Source: Alphaproteobacteria bacterium
Lineage (GTDB): Bacteria > Pseudomonadota > Alphaproteobacteria > UBA828
Direction of reading: 5' to 3'
Assembly (NCBI GenBank): GCA_965237415.1
Contig: CBDEFM010000002.1
Span: 1,056,001-1,120,000, forward strand
Length of the DNA: 64,000 nt
Position numbers and translations under genes: made by a program. The notes under the pieces are model-generated. The model had not been told where the DNA came from and ran no database searches. It saw only the letters and a list, made by a program, of their open reading frames with translations. The stretch's first letter is position 1, and the number at the start of each line of letters is the position of its first letter. Shown here in pieces: positions 6,897 through 16,736 of this stretch.

Positions 6897-8822
6897 TTAC
6901 TCCGCCGCCGCGCCTGCCGCCGCGGCCTTGGCTTCGCGCTCCTGCAGGAAGCGCAGCACCCGGCGGTTGAACTCCGGCGGCTTGGGCGGGGCGAGCTCGG
7001 TCTCTTCCAGGCAGCGCTCCCGCAGCTCCTCGACGGTGCCGCCCCGGTCGAACAGTTTTACCTCGCCCCGCGCGGCGCGGAGTTTCTCGCGCAACGCAGC
7101 CGTCGCCTCTTCGTCGACCATCAGATCGTCCCGCAGCACCACGCCGTAGCGCTCGGCGCCGGCCCGCGTGACCAGCCCGCGCTCGACCTCCAGCGCCACC
7201 AGGGCGGCATCGCGCTCGTAGGGATCGCCCCAGCCGCCGCCACCCCAGGTCTTGAAGAGGAGCAGATCGCCGGCCTCGACCTTCACGTGGTCGCACTTGG
7301 AGCGCAGCACTTCGAACGAGCCGTCGGCGCGGTGAATCTCCTTGCGGCTCCGCCCACCCGGCAGGCCGCCATTGACGCCCCACGGGTAGGTGAGCCAACG
7401 GTCGTCGTGCAGCGACATCTCGCCGGGCTCCAGCGCCCGGTAGCCGATGGTGACGCCGTTGCCGCCGCGATGGAGGCCGGGCCCGCCCGAATCCGGGATG
7501 GTCTCGTAGACCTCGATGCGGAGCGGGAAGTACGCCTCCAGGAACTCGTTGGGGACGTTGGTGAACGAGGGCCAGAGGGAGTGCCCGTCGGGGCCGTCGC
7601 CGGCCGGCCGGCCGGGGATCCCGCCGAAGCCGATCTGGTAGAGCTGGTACCACTCGCCCTCGCTCGAATAGCCCGAATACATGAAATGCGGGCTGTCGGA
7701 GAAGCCGGCCGCCACCATGAGGTTCGGCGCGCGCTGGCCGAGCAGGCCGCCGAGCACGTCGAAGATCCGGCCTAACGCATGGGTCCGCGAGGAGAGCGCC
7801 GCCGGCTTCAGCGGCTTGAGCAGCGTGCCCGGCGGAATCCGCACATCGACGTGATCGTAGAAGCCGTCGTTGAACATGATCTGTGGATCGAAGACGTTGA
7901 TCATGTAAACGCCGACGAACATCTTGAACATTTCTTCGTTGAGGAAGAAGTTGATCGAGCTTTCCGACTGCGGATCGGTGCCTTCGAAATCGAAGACCAG
8001 GACGTCGCCGTCGCGCCACATGTTGCAGGCCATCTTGTAGGGGCCCATGCCGAGGCCGTCGTCGCAGATGTAGTCCTCGAAGTAGAGCGTCTCGTCCTCG
8101 CCGACGGTGTTGCGGATCAGGTGCAGCATCGCGCGGCGATTGCGCTCCAGCAGTTCGCCCATCGCGCCGATCAGGGTGTCGACTCCGAAACGATCGCAGA
8201 GCTCATGAATGCGCTTCTCGGCGAGGCGCACGGCGGCGACCAGCGCGTTGAAGTCGCTCCGGTTCCACTGCGGCATCCGGCACTGATGCAGGATCACCCT
8301 GAGCACGTCTTCCTGCAGCTCGTCGTTCTTGTAGATCTTGACGACGGGGATGACGACGCCTTCCTCGTAGATCTGGTTGGCGTCGGTGGGGAGGCTGCCG
8401 GGCACCTTGCCGCCGACATCGGTCATGTGGCCGAACATCGAGGCGTAGGCGATCAGCCGGCCGTCGCGGTAGACCGGGCGCAGGATCAGCCAGTCCGGCG
8501 CGTGGCTGATCGCGCCGGCGCAGCTGTAGGGATCGGAGGTGAGGAAGATGTCCCCTTCCTCGATCGTGCCGTCGTATTCGCGCTTGAAGCCGTGGATGAA
8601 CGAGCCGAACTGCCCGACCACCATCTTGCCCTCGGGGTTGGCGATCATCGGGAACTCGTCGTGCTGCTCGCGGATTCCCGGCGACATGGCGGTGCGGTAG
8701 AGCACGGCGTCCATCTCGTAGCGGGCGCTGCGCAGCGAGCTCTCGATGATATCGAGAGTGATCGGGTCGATGTCGACCGGCTCGAACGGTGCGTCGTTGG
8801 TCTGGACGATAGTGACTGGCAT
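6897..8822 (-). CDS. Hydantoinase B / 5-oxoprolinase subunit
   Basis: DPITLDII, RTAMSPGIRE, SDPY...HAPD, HMTDVGG, EEG, GGGGWGDP motifs. Confidence 0.93.
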   Translation of the reverse strand: MPVTIVQTNDAPFEPVDIDPITLDIIESSLRSARYEMDAVLYRTAMSPGIREQHDEFPMIANPEGKMVVGQFGSFIHGFKREYDGTIEEGDIFLTSDPYSCAGAISHAPDWLILRPVYRDGRLIAYASMFGHMTDVGGKVPGSLPTDANQIYEEGVVIPVVKIYKNDELQEDVLRVILHQCRMPQWNRSDFNALVAAVRLAEKRIHELCDRFGVDTLIGAMGELLERNRRAMLHLIRNTVGEDETLYFEDYICDDGLGMGPYKMACNMWRDGDVLVFDFEGTDPQSESSINFFLNEEMFKMFVGVYMINVFDPQIMFNDGFYDHVDVRIPPGTLLKPLKPAALSSRTHALGRIFDVLGGLLGQRAPNLMVAAGFSDSPHFMYSGYSSEGEWYQLYQIGFGGIPGRPAGDGPDGHSLWPSFTNVPNEFLEAYFPLRIEVYETIPDSGGPGLHRGGNGVTIGYRALEPGEMSLHDDRWLTYPWGVNGGLPGGRSRKEIHRADGSFEVLRSKCDHVKVEAGDLLLFKTWGGGGWGDPYERDAALVALEVERGLVTRAGAERYGVVLRDDLMVDEEATAALREKLRAARGEVKLFDRGGTVEELRERCLEETELAPPKPPEFNRRVLRFLQEREAKAAAAGAAAE

Positions 8823-8839
8823 GTCGATCCTCCCCCGAC

Positions 8840-10894
8840 TCAGTGGCCGATCGGGTTGATGATGATGTTGCCGTATCCGTCGACCACGCCGATGTGGCCC
8901 GGCAGGATTAGAGTAGTCGAATCCATCTCGGTCACGATCGCTGGCCCCTCGATCCGGTTGCCGGCCTCGAGCTTGGCGCGATCATAGATCGCGGCGTCCT
9001 GATCGCGATTGTCGACGTAAACCGTGCCGTTCGCAACCTTGGCCGCAGACGGGTCGGCGCCACCCTGCGGAACGGTGGCCGCTTCGATGAAGGTCTCGGC
9101 ACCGCGCACGATCGCACGCAGCGTCACGATCTCGTGCTCCGCATCGAGGGCGAACGTGAAGAGCTGAGTGTGCTCGTCATCGAACTGCTGCGCCATCCCA
9201 TCGAGCCCGTCCCGTTCGAACTCCTCGGCGGTGAAGCCCACCGGGAGCTGCAGCCCCTGGCCGTGGTAGCGGAGGTCCACCTCGTACTGCACGGACTGGT
9301 CTTCGCGCGCGATGCCCTCGGCATCGAGTTCCTGCCGGGCGCGGGTCTCGAGATCGTCGAGGATGCCGCGCACCTCGGCGTCCGAGGTTTCGGAGAAGCG
9401 CCGCACGAAGCTCCTCGAAGCCTCGTCGGTGACCCGCGTCGTGGCGTCGCCGTAGGCGCAAAGCACGCCCGGTGAGGGTGGGATCATGACCGGCCACGAG
9501 TTCATCAGCCTGGCAAGCGCATTGGCGTGCAGCGGCCCTGCCCCACCGAAGGCGATGAGCGCGAAGTCGCGCGGATCGAAGCCCTGCTGCACCGAGACCA
9601 GCCGGAGCGCGCCGAACATGTTCTCGTTGACGATGTCGATGATCCCGGCGGCGGCCCGCTTGAGATCGAGGCCGAGCGCCGTGGCGACCGTCTGCACTGC
9701 GGTGACGGCGGCATCGACATCGAGCTTCATCTCGCCGCCGATCAACTCGCTCGGCAGATAGCCGAGCACGACATTGGCGTCCGTGACGGTGGGCTGGTCG
9801 CCGCCCTGCCCGTAGGCCGCAGGCCCCGGATCGGCGCCCGCGCTCTGCGGCCCGACCCGGAGCGCGCGGGTGATCTCGGGAACATGGGCGATCGAGCCGC
9901 CGCCCGCGCCCACGCTGCGGACGTCGAGGGAGGGCGCGCGCACGGTGACGTCGCCCACCGTGGTCTCGCGCCGCTTGCGCGGCACGCCGTCGAGGATCAG
10001 CGCGACATCGGTGGACGTGCCGCCCATGTCGAGCGTAAGCAGGTTCTGGTAGCCGGCCTGCCTGGCGATCCAGAGCGCGCCGGCGACGCCGCCGGCAGGG
10101 CCGCTCATCAGCACGTTCACCGGCGAGTTCCGGCTTGCCTCGACCGAGGCGAGACCGCCGTCCGAGCGCAGGATGTGGAGATGGGCGTCGATCTTGCGCT
10201 GCTCCAGCTCCCGCTCCATGTTGTTGATATAGCCCTGGACCACCGGCGCGACGTAGGAATTGGCGACTGTGGTGATGGCGCGCTCGTATTCGTACATCTC
10301 CGGCAGGACCTCGGAGGAGAGCGAGACCGGCACGCCGGGGAGCACCTGGTTCGCGATTGCACGGATCTGCTCCTCATGCACGCCACCCGCATAGGCGTTC
10401 ATCAGGCAGACGGTCAGCGCCTCGATCCCCCTCGCCTTGAGGTGGCTGAGCTTCTCGCGCAGATCGTCCTCGTTCAGCTCGCGAACGACCTCGCCGCGGG
10501 CGCTGGTGCGCTCCTTCGCCTCGACGGTGAGCTCCAGCGGGGCCAGCGGCTCGGGCTTGGGCCAGATGATCCAGCCGGCGAGGATGCCGGGCACGAAGGA
10601 ACGGGCGATCTGCAGCATCTGCCCGTAACCCTCCGAGGTGACGAGGCCGACCCGGGCGCCCTTGCCCTCCAGGATGGTGTTGGTGCCAACCGTCGTGCCG
10701 TGCATCACGTGGGTGATTGCGGCCGGCTCGACGCCGGCGTTATCGCACACCCGCTCGATGCCGCTGAGCACGCCGATCGAGGAATCGTGCGGGGTGGAGG
10801 GCACCTTCGCGCGGAAGGTGCCGCCGCTCGATTCGTCGATCAGCAGGAGATCGGTGAACGTGCCGCCGACATCGACACCTAAGCGAAAAGCCAT
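8840..10894 (-). CDS. Hydantoinase A / 5-oxoprolinase ATP-binding subunit
   Basis: GVDVGGTFTD, HGTTV, SGPAGG, DMGGTSTD, GAGGGS, FGGAGPLH. Confidence 0.95.
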   Translation of the reverse strand: MAFRLGVDVGGTFTDLLLIDESSGGTFRAKVPSTPHDSSIGVLSGIERVCDNAGVEPAAITHVMHGTTVGTNTILEGKGARVGLVTSEGYGQMLQIARSFVPGILAGWIIWPKPEPLAPLELTVEAKERTSARGEVVRELNEDDLREKLSHLKARGIEALTVCLMNAYAGGVHEEQIRAIANQVLPGVPVSLSSEVLPEMYEYERAITTVANSYVAPVVQGYINNMERELEQRKIDAHLHILRSDGGLASVEASRNSPVNVLMSGPAGGVAGALWIARQAGYQNLLTLDMGGTSTDVALILDGVPRKRRETTVGDVTVRAPSLDVRSVGAGGGSIAHVPEITRALRVGPQSAGADPGPAAYGQGGDQPTVTDANVVLGYLPSELIGGEMKLDVDAAVTAVQTVATALGLDLKRAAAGIIDIVNENMFGALRLVSVQQGFDPRDFALIAFGGAGPLHANALARLMNSWPVMIPPSPGVLCAYGDATTRVTDEASRSFVRRFSETSDAEVRGILDDLETRARQELDAEGIAREDQSVQYEVDLRYHGQGLQLPVGFTAEEFERDGLDGMAQQFDDEHTQLFTFALDAEHEIVTLRAIVRGAETFIEAATVPQGGADPSAAKVANGTVYVDNRDQDAAIYDRAKLEAGNRIEGPAIVTEMDSTTLILPGHIGVVDGYGNIIINPIGH

Positions 10895-11008
10895 GCTTCC
10901 TCCTTCAGATCACCGGATTCGCGTTCGGTCGCAGCCTAGCAAGCATGCCGCAGCGGCTGGCATCCCTTAGGGGTCGGAGCCGGCCTCAGCGCGCGATGGC
11001 CGCCCGGC

Positions 11009-11872
11009 CTAGCCGTCCGACGCCTTCCCGGCCTTCCTTGCGATATTGAACCCGGCGCCGGTCCGCCGTTTCTGGATGAAGTAGACGGCGGCGAAGCTCA
11101 CGAAAATCACCACGAGCGAGAACACCGTCGTTATGGTTCCGATGGCATAGATCGCCGGCGTCGCTGCCAGCGTGAGTGTGTTCACAAGCTCGACCGGGAG
11201 CGTGTTGAACTCGCCCGCCACGCTCGATGTGCGAGGGAATTCGTCGTAGGAGAGGGTGAATCCGAAGAGCGCGACGCCGATAAGCCCCGGCAGCGTGATC
11301 GGTATGATCACATTGCGCAGCGTCTGCCATTGGGTCGCGCCCTGGTCCTTGGCCGCCTCCTCGAGCTGCGGGTCGAGCCGGCTGAAGACCGCCAGCATGA
11401 TGAGAACGCCGAATGGCAGCGTCCAGCTCAGATGCGCGCCGAGGGCGCCGGACCACCACTGGCTGGTCATGCCCAGATTGGAGAAGCCGAGCCCGATGCC
11501 CAGGCTGATGAGGATCGACGGGCAGATCAGACTGGCGACGACCAGATAGAAGACGATGATGTTGCCGGTGAAGTTCTTGCGGAACGCGAGACCGGCAAGG
11601 AAGGAGATTCCCATGGTGAGGATCATCACGATGAGGCCCAGGATCAGCGAGCGCCCGAACGGCCAGCGGAAGTCGCCGATATAGGTCGGATCGATCACCT
11701 CCTTGAACCAGAACAACGAGAACCCCTGCATCGGGAAGGAGAGCGAGGCGCCGGGGCCCTGAAACGACAGCATCACGATGATCAAGATCGGCCCGTACAG
11801 GAACAGGAGGTACAGGAAGAAGACCGCTGCACGCGGCCAGTAGCCCGGCGCTCGTCTGCTTTCCTTCGCCAT
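11009..11872 (-). CDS. ABC transporter permease (PotC-like)
   Basis: Multiple TM helices; EEAAKDQGA EAA loop. Confidence 0.9.
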   Translation of the reverse strand: MAKESRRAPGYWPRAAVFFLYLLFLYGPILIIVMLSFQGPGASLSFPMQGFSLFWFKEVIDPTYIGDFRWPFGRSLILGLIVMILTMGISFLAGLAFRKNFTGNIIVFYLVVASLICPSILISLGIGLGFSNLGMTSQWWSGALGAHLSWTLPFGVLIMLAVFSRLDPQLEEAAKDQGATQWQTLRNVIIPITLPGLIGVALFGFTLSYDEFPRTSSVAGEFNTLPVELVNTLTLAATPAIYAIGTITTVFSLVVIFVSFAAVYFIQKRRTGAGFNIARKAGKASDG

Positions 11873-11874
11873 GG

Positions 11875-12747
11875 CTAGAGCTGCTTCCGCACGTCGACGA
11901 GTCGCATGATGATGCCGACGATCAGCAATACGGCCAGCAGCAGAACGATGGCCGAGGCGGACGCCGGCGGGTATTGGACATTGATTATCTGGTTGGTCAT
12001 CGAGGCCATCACCGTGCCGACGCGCGCGCCGCTGAGAATGCGGATCGCCGTGAAATCGCTCGCCACCAGCGCGATGACGAAGATCGCCCCGATGGCAAGG
12101 CCCGGCTTGCAGAGCGGGATGATCACGTGGAGCAGGATCTGGAGCCCGGAGGCACCGTTATCCTTTGCTGCCTCGATCAGGTCGCGGTTGATTCGCGCCA
12201 TGACGTTGAACAGCGGCGCCATCATGAACAGCGTGAATATCTGTATGTAAGACAGAAAGACGGCGAATTCCGAGAATAGGAGAAATTGGAGCGGCGTGTC
12301 CGATATGCCGACGACCATTATCGCCTGATTGATGATGCCCTCCTTGCCCAGGAACGGCAGCCAAGCCACCATGCGGATAACGCCGGAGGTCCAGAACGGC
12401 ACGACGCAGAGCAGGAACAGGAGCAGCTTCGTTCTCAACAGGATAAGGTCGAAAACAAGAAAATAGGCGAGCGTAAAGCCGAGAACCGTCGTGATAGCCA
12501 GCGTAATCGCCAGCATTTTCAACGTCTGCAAGTAATTGTCGAGAGTCAGGTTCTTGGAAAATAATTTAATGTAATTGGAGAACCTCCAATCGCCCTCCAC
12601 CATCATGAAACCGTTGAAATGCCACAGGCTGATGATCAGGATCACGATCATCGGCCCGATCAGGAAGAACAGCAGCGTAATCAGCAGCGGCGAGATTTGC
12701 AGCGCCGTCGCGTAGCGATTGAAGATCGCGTTTACCGCTGCCATCAC
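11875..12747 (-). CDS. ABC transporter permease (PotB-like)
   Basis: PFWTS motif, EAAKDNGA EAA loop. Confidence 0.9.
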   Translation of the reverse strand: MMAAVNAIFNRYATALQISPLLITLLFFLIGPMIVILIISLWHFNGFMMVEGDWRFSNYIKLFSKNLTLDNYLQTLKMLAITLAITTVLGFTLAYFLVFDLILLRTKLLLFLLCVVPFWTSGVIRMVAWLPFLGKEGIINQAIMVVGISDTPLQFLLFSEFAVFLSYIQIFTLFMMAPLFNVMARINRDLIEAAKDNGASGLQILLHVIIPLCKPGLAIGAIFVIALVASDFTAIRILSGARVGTVMASMTNQIINVQYPPASASAIVLLLAVLLIVGIIMRLVDVRKQL

Positions 12748-12794
12748 CAGTGACTCTTCGACAATTCGAGCCTGCGGGAATCGGAAAAGGAAGC

Positions 12795-12828
12795 GGGGGT
12801 GCGGAGCGGCACGCCGCCCAGCACCCCC
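12795..12828 (-). terminator. Stem-loop after the binding-protein gene (partial terminator or mRNA stabiliser)
   Basis: gggggtgc...gcaccccc stem followed on the minus strand by cttccttttcc. Confidence 0.5.
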
Positions 12829-12843
12829 AAATGCATTCGCCCC

Positions 12844-14151
12844 TTACGCGGCGATGAACTCGTTCCAACGGTCGGTGAGGTACTCGTTCTCGTCCATGAC
12901 CGAGTTCCACACCGCGACGCGACCCATGCGGTTCTTGTAGGAGCCGCCGTCGCGAACCGCGCCCGGCTTCTCCATGAGCTTGCCGAACGGGCTGTAGATG
13001 TCGACCGTGGCGGGCTTGCCCTCGAACCAGAAATCCCACTCTGCCTCGGGCAGGTGCTTCTGGGTATTGTCGGGCGTCACCACGTAGTAGCCCTGGCGGG
13101 CGAAGAACGCGCCTGCCGGCCCCGAGTGATACCAGGTCACGTAGTCGTAGACCGCGCCGAGCTTCTTGCCCTCGACGTGCTTCGGCATCAGATGCCCCAG
13201 GGTCCAGGAGCGATAGCCTTCCTTGAGATCCTGGTAGATGCACGGCACGCCCTGCTCGCGCACGGCTGTCACTGCCGGCGACCACATGGACTGGATGACG
13301 ACCTCACCCCCGACCATGAGCTGAACCGACTCATTGAAGGTCGACCAGAGGGCACGCCAGTGGCCGACGTCCTTGAGCTCGATGAGACGGTCGATGGAGT
13401 AGTCGATCTCCTCGCGGGTCATGTTGCCCTTGTCGCCGTACTCGAGCTCGCCATTGGCCTGGAACGCCAGGGCGGCGTCCATCAGGCCGATCTGCGGGAA
13501 GGCCACGAGCGCCGACTTGCCGGCGAACTCGGGATTGATGATCTCGGCCCAGGAATCGATGGGCCGGCCGATCAGGTCGGGCCGGATGCCGAGGGTGTCG
13601 GCATTGTGCAGCACCGGGTGGTTGGTGATCCACTTCGTCGAGCCCGGCTCGACGAAGTCGGTCGCCAGATGGTCGGAGGTGTACGCCACCGTGCTCGGGT
13701 TCTGGCCATCGCCGAACCAGGCATCCGGCCAGATTTTACCGGGTGCCTTGTAGAGATCGACCACCGTGTCCCACTCGGGCAGCTTGGTGGTGTCCCAGGC
13801 CTGGAAGTTGCCGGACGGCCACATGAACTTCATCAGCATGTAGGGCGGCTCGAAGAGGTCGCCCGAGTCGGGCTGGGTCAGGCCGCGGGCCTGGATCGAC
13901 GGGATCTCGGCGGCCGTCTGGCGCACGTTGAAGTCGAGGGCCTCGTTGGCCATGTCCTCGAGCGGCTTCATGTTGGAAACCGCCATGCCGACGGTACGGA
14001 CGGTGATGTCCTTGATGTCCTGCGCCCATACGGTCGGGAAGCCGCCGCTAAGCGTCGTCGCCGCGGCAGCACCGGCCACGGCCGCCGTCCCCTTAAGGAC
14101 CGAGCGGCGGCTCACGCCCGTCTTGCTATCGTCGCTCTTGGTCTTGCGCAT
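12844..14151 (-). CDS. ABC transporter substrate-binding protein (PotD/PotF-like) with Tat signal
   Basis: SRRSVLK twin-arginine motif; GAGGAA RBS; QSMWSP, KEGYR motifs. Confidence 0.88.
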   Translation of the reverse strand: MRKTKSDDSKTGVSRRSVLKGTAAVAGAAAATTLSGGFPTVWAQDIKDITVRTVGMAVSNMKPLEDMANEALDFNVRQTAAEIPSIQARGLTQPDSGDLFEPPYMLMKFMWPSGNFQAWDTTKLPEWDTVVDLYKAPGKIWPDAWFGDGQNPSTVAYTSDHLATDFVEPGSTKWITNHPVLHNADTLGIRPDLIGRPIDSWAEIINPEFAGKSALVAFPQIGLMDAALAFQANGELEYGDKGNMTREEIDYSIDRLIELKDVGHWRALWSTFNESVQLMVGGEVVIQSMWSPAVTAVREQGVPCIYQDLKEGYRSWTLGHLMPKHVEGKKLGAVYDYVTWYHSGPAGAFFARQGYYVVTPDNTQKHLPEAEWDFWFEGKPATVDIYSPFGKLMEKPGAVRDGGSYKNRMGRVAVWNSVMDENEYLTDRWNEFIAA

Positions 14152-14266
14152 GCTTTCCTCCCTCGCCTGCGTTCCTCGAATGCTCGCCCTGTCGCCGGCC
14201 CGGACGATTACTACTTCGCTCGATGCAGTGCGACGGCCGCCGGCGGCCGCCAATGGATAAACGTTG

Positions 14267-15391
14267 CTAGAAATTCTCCCCGATCAGGTTCTGGGCGCCG
14301 GTAGCGCGCTCCATCAAGCGCACGTCCTTGCTCGCCCAGGTGACGGTGACCTGGTCACCCACCTTGGTCGGGTTTAAGAAATACTCGCGATCCTCGATCA
14401 CAGCGACGAGGTCCCGCTTCTCCTCCCGGGTCATGGTGAGCTTCACCCAGTTACCCTGGTACTCGATGGCATGGACAGTGCCGCCCAGCGCGTTGCCGCG
14501 GTCAAGATCGATGCTTCCGCCCGCCAGATGCACCTTGTCGCGGCGGATTCCGAAGTTGACCTCCTGGCCGACCTCGTGGCCGTCGCGCGGCAGGTGGAAG
14601 TTGTCGCCCTCGGCACCCATGACCGTCACCAGGTCGTTCTCGACTCCCGCCACCTTGCCGGTAAACACATTCCAGCCGCCCATGAACTCCGCCACATAAG
14701 TGGTGCGCGGCTCGTCGTAGATCTCCGGCCCCGTCGCCGCCTGCTCGATATGGCCGGTGTCCATCACGACGACCATGTCGGCGATGGCCAGCGCCTCGGG
14801 CTGGGTGTGGGTGACGTGGATGAAGGTGATGCCGAGGTCGATCTGAATGTGCTTCAGCTCGGCGCGCATCTGCAGGCGCAGGAACTCGTCCAACGCAGAC
14901 AGCGGCTCGTCGAGCAGCAGCACCTTGGGGTTGGTGATCAACGAGCGGGCGAGCGCGACACGCTGCTGCTGCCCGCCGGAGAGCTGCGCCGGCATGCGGT
15001 CGGCCAACGGGTCGAGCTGCACGCGCTGCAGCACCGCGTAGGCGCGCTCGCGGCGCTCGCCCTTGCCCACGCCCTTCATCTTCAGGCTGAACGCGACATT
15101 GTCGAGCACCGTCAGATGAGGGAAGAGCGCGTAGCTCTGAAACATCATCGACGTGCCGCGCTGGCCGGTGGGCTTGCCGATCACGGATTCGCCGCCGATC
15201 AGCACGTCGCCCTCGGTTGGCGCCTCGTGACCCGCAATGATGCGCAGGAGGGTCGTCTTGCCGCAGCCGCTCGGCCCGAGCAGGCAACAGTAGGAGCCGT
15301 CGGGAATCGTGATGTCGATATCCTCGACAGCGACAGTGGGGCCGAACAGCTTGGTCACGCCCCTGATTTCGACATCGCCACGTTCTGCCAT
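14267..15391 (-). CDS. ABC transporter ATP-binding protein (PotA-like)
   Basis: GPSGCGKT, LSGGQQQR, LLLDEP, HVTH, C-terminal TOBE-like region. Confidence 0.95.
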   Translation of the reverse strand: MAERGDVEIRGVTKLFGPTVAVEDIDITIPDGSYCCLLGPSGCGKTTLLRIIAGHEAPTEGDVLIGGESVIGKPTGQRGTSMMFQSYALFPHLTVLDNVAFSLKMKGVGKGERRERAYAVLQRVQLDPLADRMPAQLSGGQQQRVALARSLITNPKVLLLDEPLSALDEFLRLQMRAELKHIQIDLGITFIHVTHTQPEALAIADMVVVMDTGHIEQAATGPEIYDEPRTTYVAEFMGGWNVFTGKVAGVENDLVTVMGAEGDNFHLPRDGHEVGQEVNFGIRRDKVHLAGGSIDLDRGNALGGTVHAIEYQGNWVKLTMTREEKRDLVAVIEDREYFLNPTKVGDQVTVTWASKDVRLMERATGAQNLIGENF

Positions 15392-15566
15392 GGCTGCCAG
15401 CGTCCCTATCGCCCGCATGGGGATCTCGCCGCTCCCTCGGGGCGTACATCATCTATGCCAAGACAGGATGACATACCGCCCACGCGGCGCAGTCTCAAGC
15501 ATTTTCTCGACCAGGCCGGCGGGATATGCTCGCGGCCCACACACCGGAGGACGGGAGCACGTGGCG

Positions 15567-16736
15567 ATGGCGAACAGTGCCGAGACCGTGGACGCAGAAC
15601 AGGAAGCGCTGATCCTCGACGGAATCGAGCGATTCCTGGACCGCGATGTCCGCCCCCACGTCGCCGCGCTCGAGCACGACGACATCTATCCAGAAGACAT
15701 CGTCGAGAAGATGAAGGAGATGGGGCTCTTCGGCGCCACCATCTCCGAAGAGTATGGCGGCCTCGGCTTGCCGGTCACCACCTACGCCAAAGTGATCGAG
15801 CGGCTTTCCCACGCCTGGATGTCGGTGAGCGGCCTTATCAACTCTCACCTCATCATGGCCGCCGCCGTTGAGCGCTTCGGCACCGACGAGCAGCGCCACG
15901 ACTACTTGCCCCGCTTCGCCACCGGCGAGCTCCGGGGCGGGCTCGCGCTCACCGAGCCGGACTGCGGCACCGACCTGCAGGCGATCCGCACCACGGCACG
16001 CCGCGAAGGCAACGATGCTTATGTAATTAATGGTGCCAAGACCTGGATCACCAACAGCATCCACGGCTCCTGCCTCGCACTTCTGGTCAAGACCGACCCC
16101 GGCGCCGAGCCCCGCCACAAGGGCATGAGCCTGTTCCTCGCCGAAAAGGGCGAGGGCTTCCGCGTCAGCCGCAAGCTGGAGAAGCTCGGCTATCGCGGGA
16201 TCGACACGGCCGAGCTCGCGTTCGAGGACTACCGCATCGATGCCGACAAGCTCATTGGCGGGGTGGAGGGCAAGGGCCTGCAGCACGTGCTGAGCGGCCT
16301 TGAGCTGGGCCGCATCAATGTCGCCGCCCGCGGCGTCGGCGTCGCCCAGTCGTGCCTCGACGAGTCCGTGCGCTACTCTCAGGAGCGCAAGACCTTCGGC
16401 AAGCCGATCTGCCAGCACCAGGCGATCCAGATCAAGCTCGCCGACATGGTGACCCGGACCGAGGCCGCGCGGCTGCTCACCGAACGCGCGGCGGTCGCCT
16501 ACGAGACCGGCCAGCGCTGCGACATGGAGGCCGGCATCGCCAAGCTCTTCGCCACGGAGGCGGCGCTAGAGAACAGCATCGAGGCCATGCGCATCCATGG
16601 CGGCTACGGCTATTCGAAGGAGTTCCCGATCGAGCGGATGTACCGCGACGCCCCGTTGCTCTGTATCGGCGAGGGCACCAACGAGATCCAGCGGCTGATC
16701 ATCGCGCGTCAGCTGATCGAGCGTAATCCGGCGTGA
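15567..16736 (+). CDS. Acyl-CoA dehydrogenase
   Basis: LTEPDCGTD, NGAKTWIT, HGGYGY, IGEGTNEIQR. Confidence 0.95.
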   Translation: MANSAETVDAEQEALILDGIERFLDRDVRPHVAALEHDDIYPEDIVEKMKEMGLFGATISEEYGGLGLPVTTYAKVIERLSHAWMSVSGLINSHLIMAAAVERFGTDEQRHDYLPRFATGELRGGLALTEPDCGTDLQAIRTTARREGNDAYVINGAKTWITNSIHGSCLALLVKTDPGAEPRHKGMSLFLAEKGEGFRVSRKLEKLGYRGIDTAELAFEDYRIDADKLIGGVEGKGLQHVLSGLELGRINVAARGVGVAQSCLDESVRYSQERKTFGKPICQHQAIQIKLADMVTRTEAARLLTERAAVAYETGQRCDMEAGIAKLFATEAALENSIEAMRIHGGYGYSKEFPIERMYRDAPLLCIGEGTNEIQRLIIARQLIERNPA

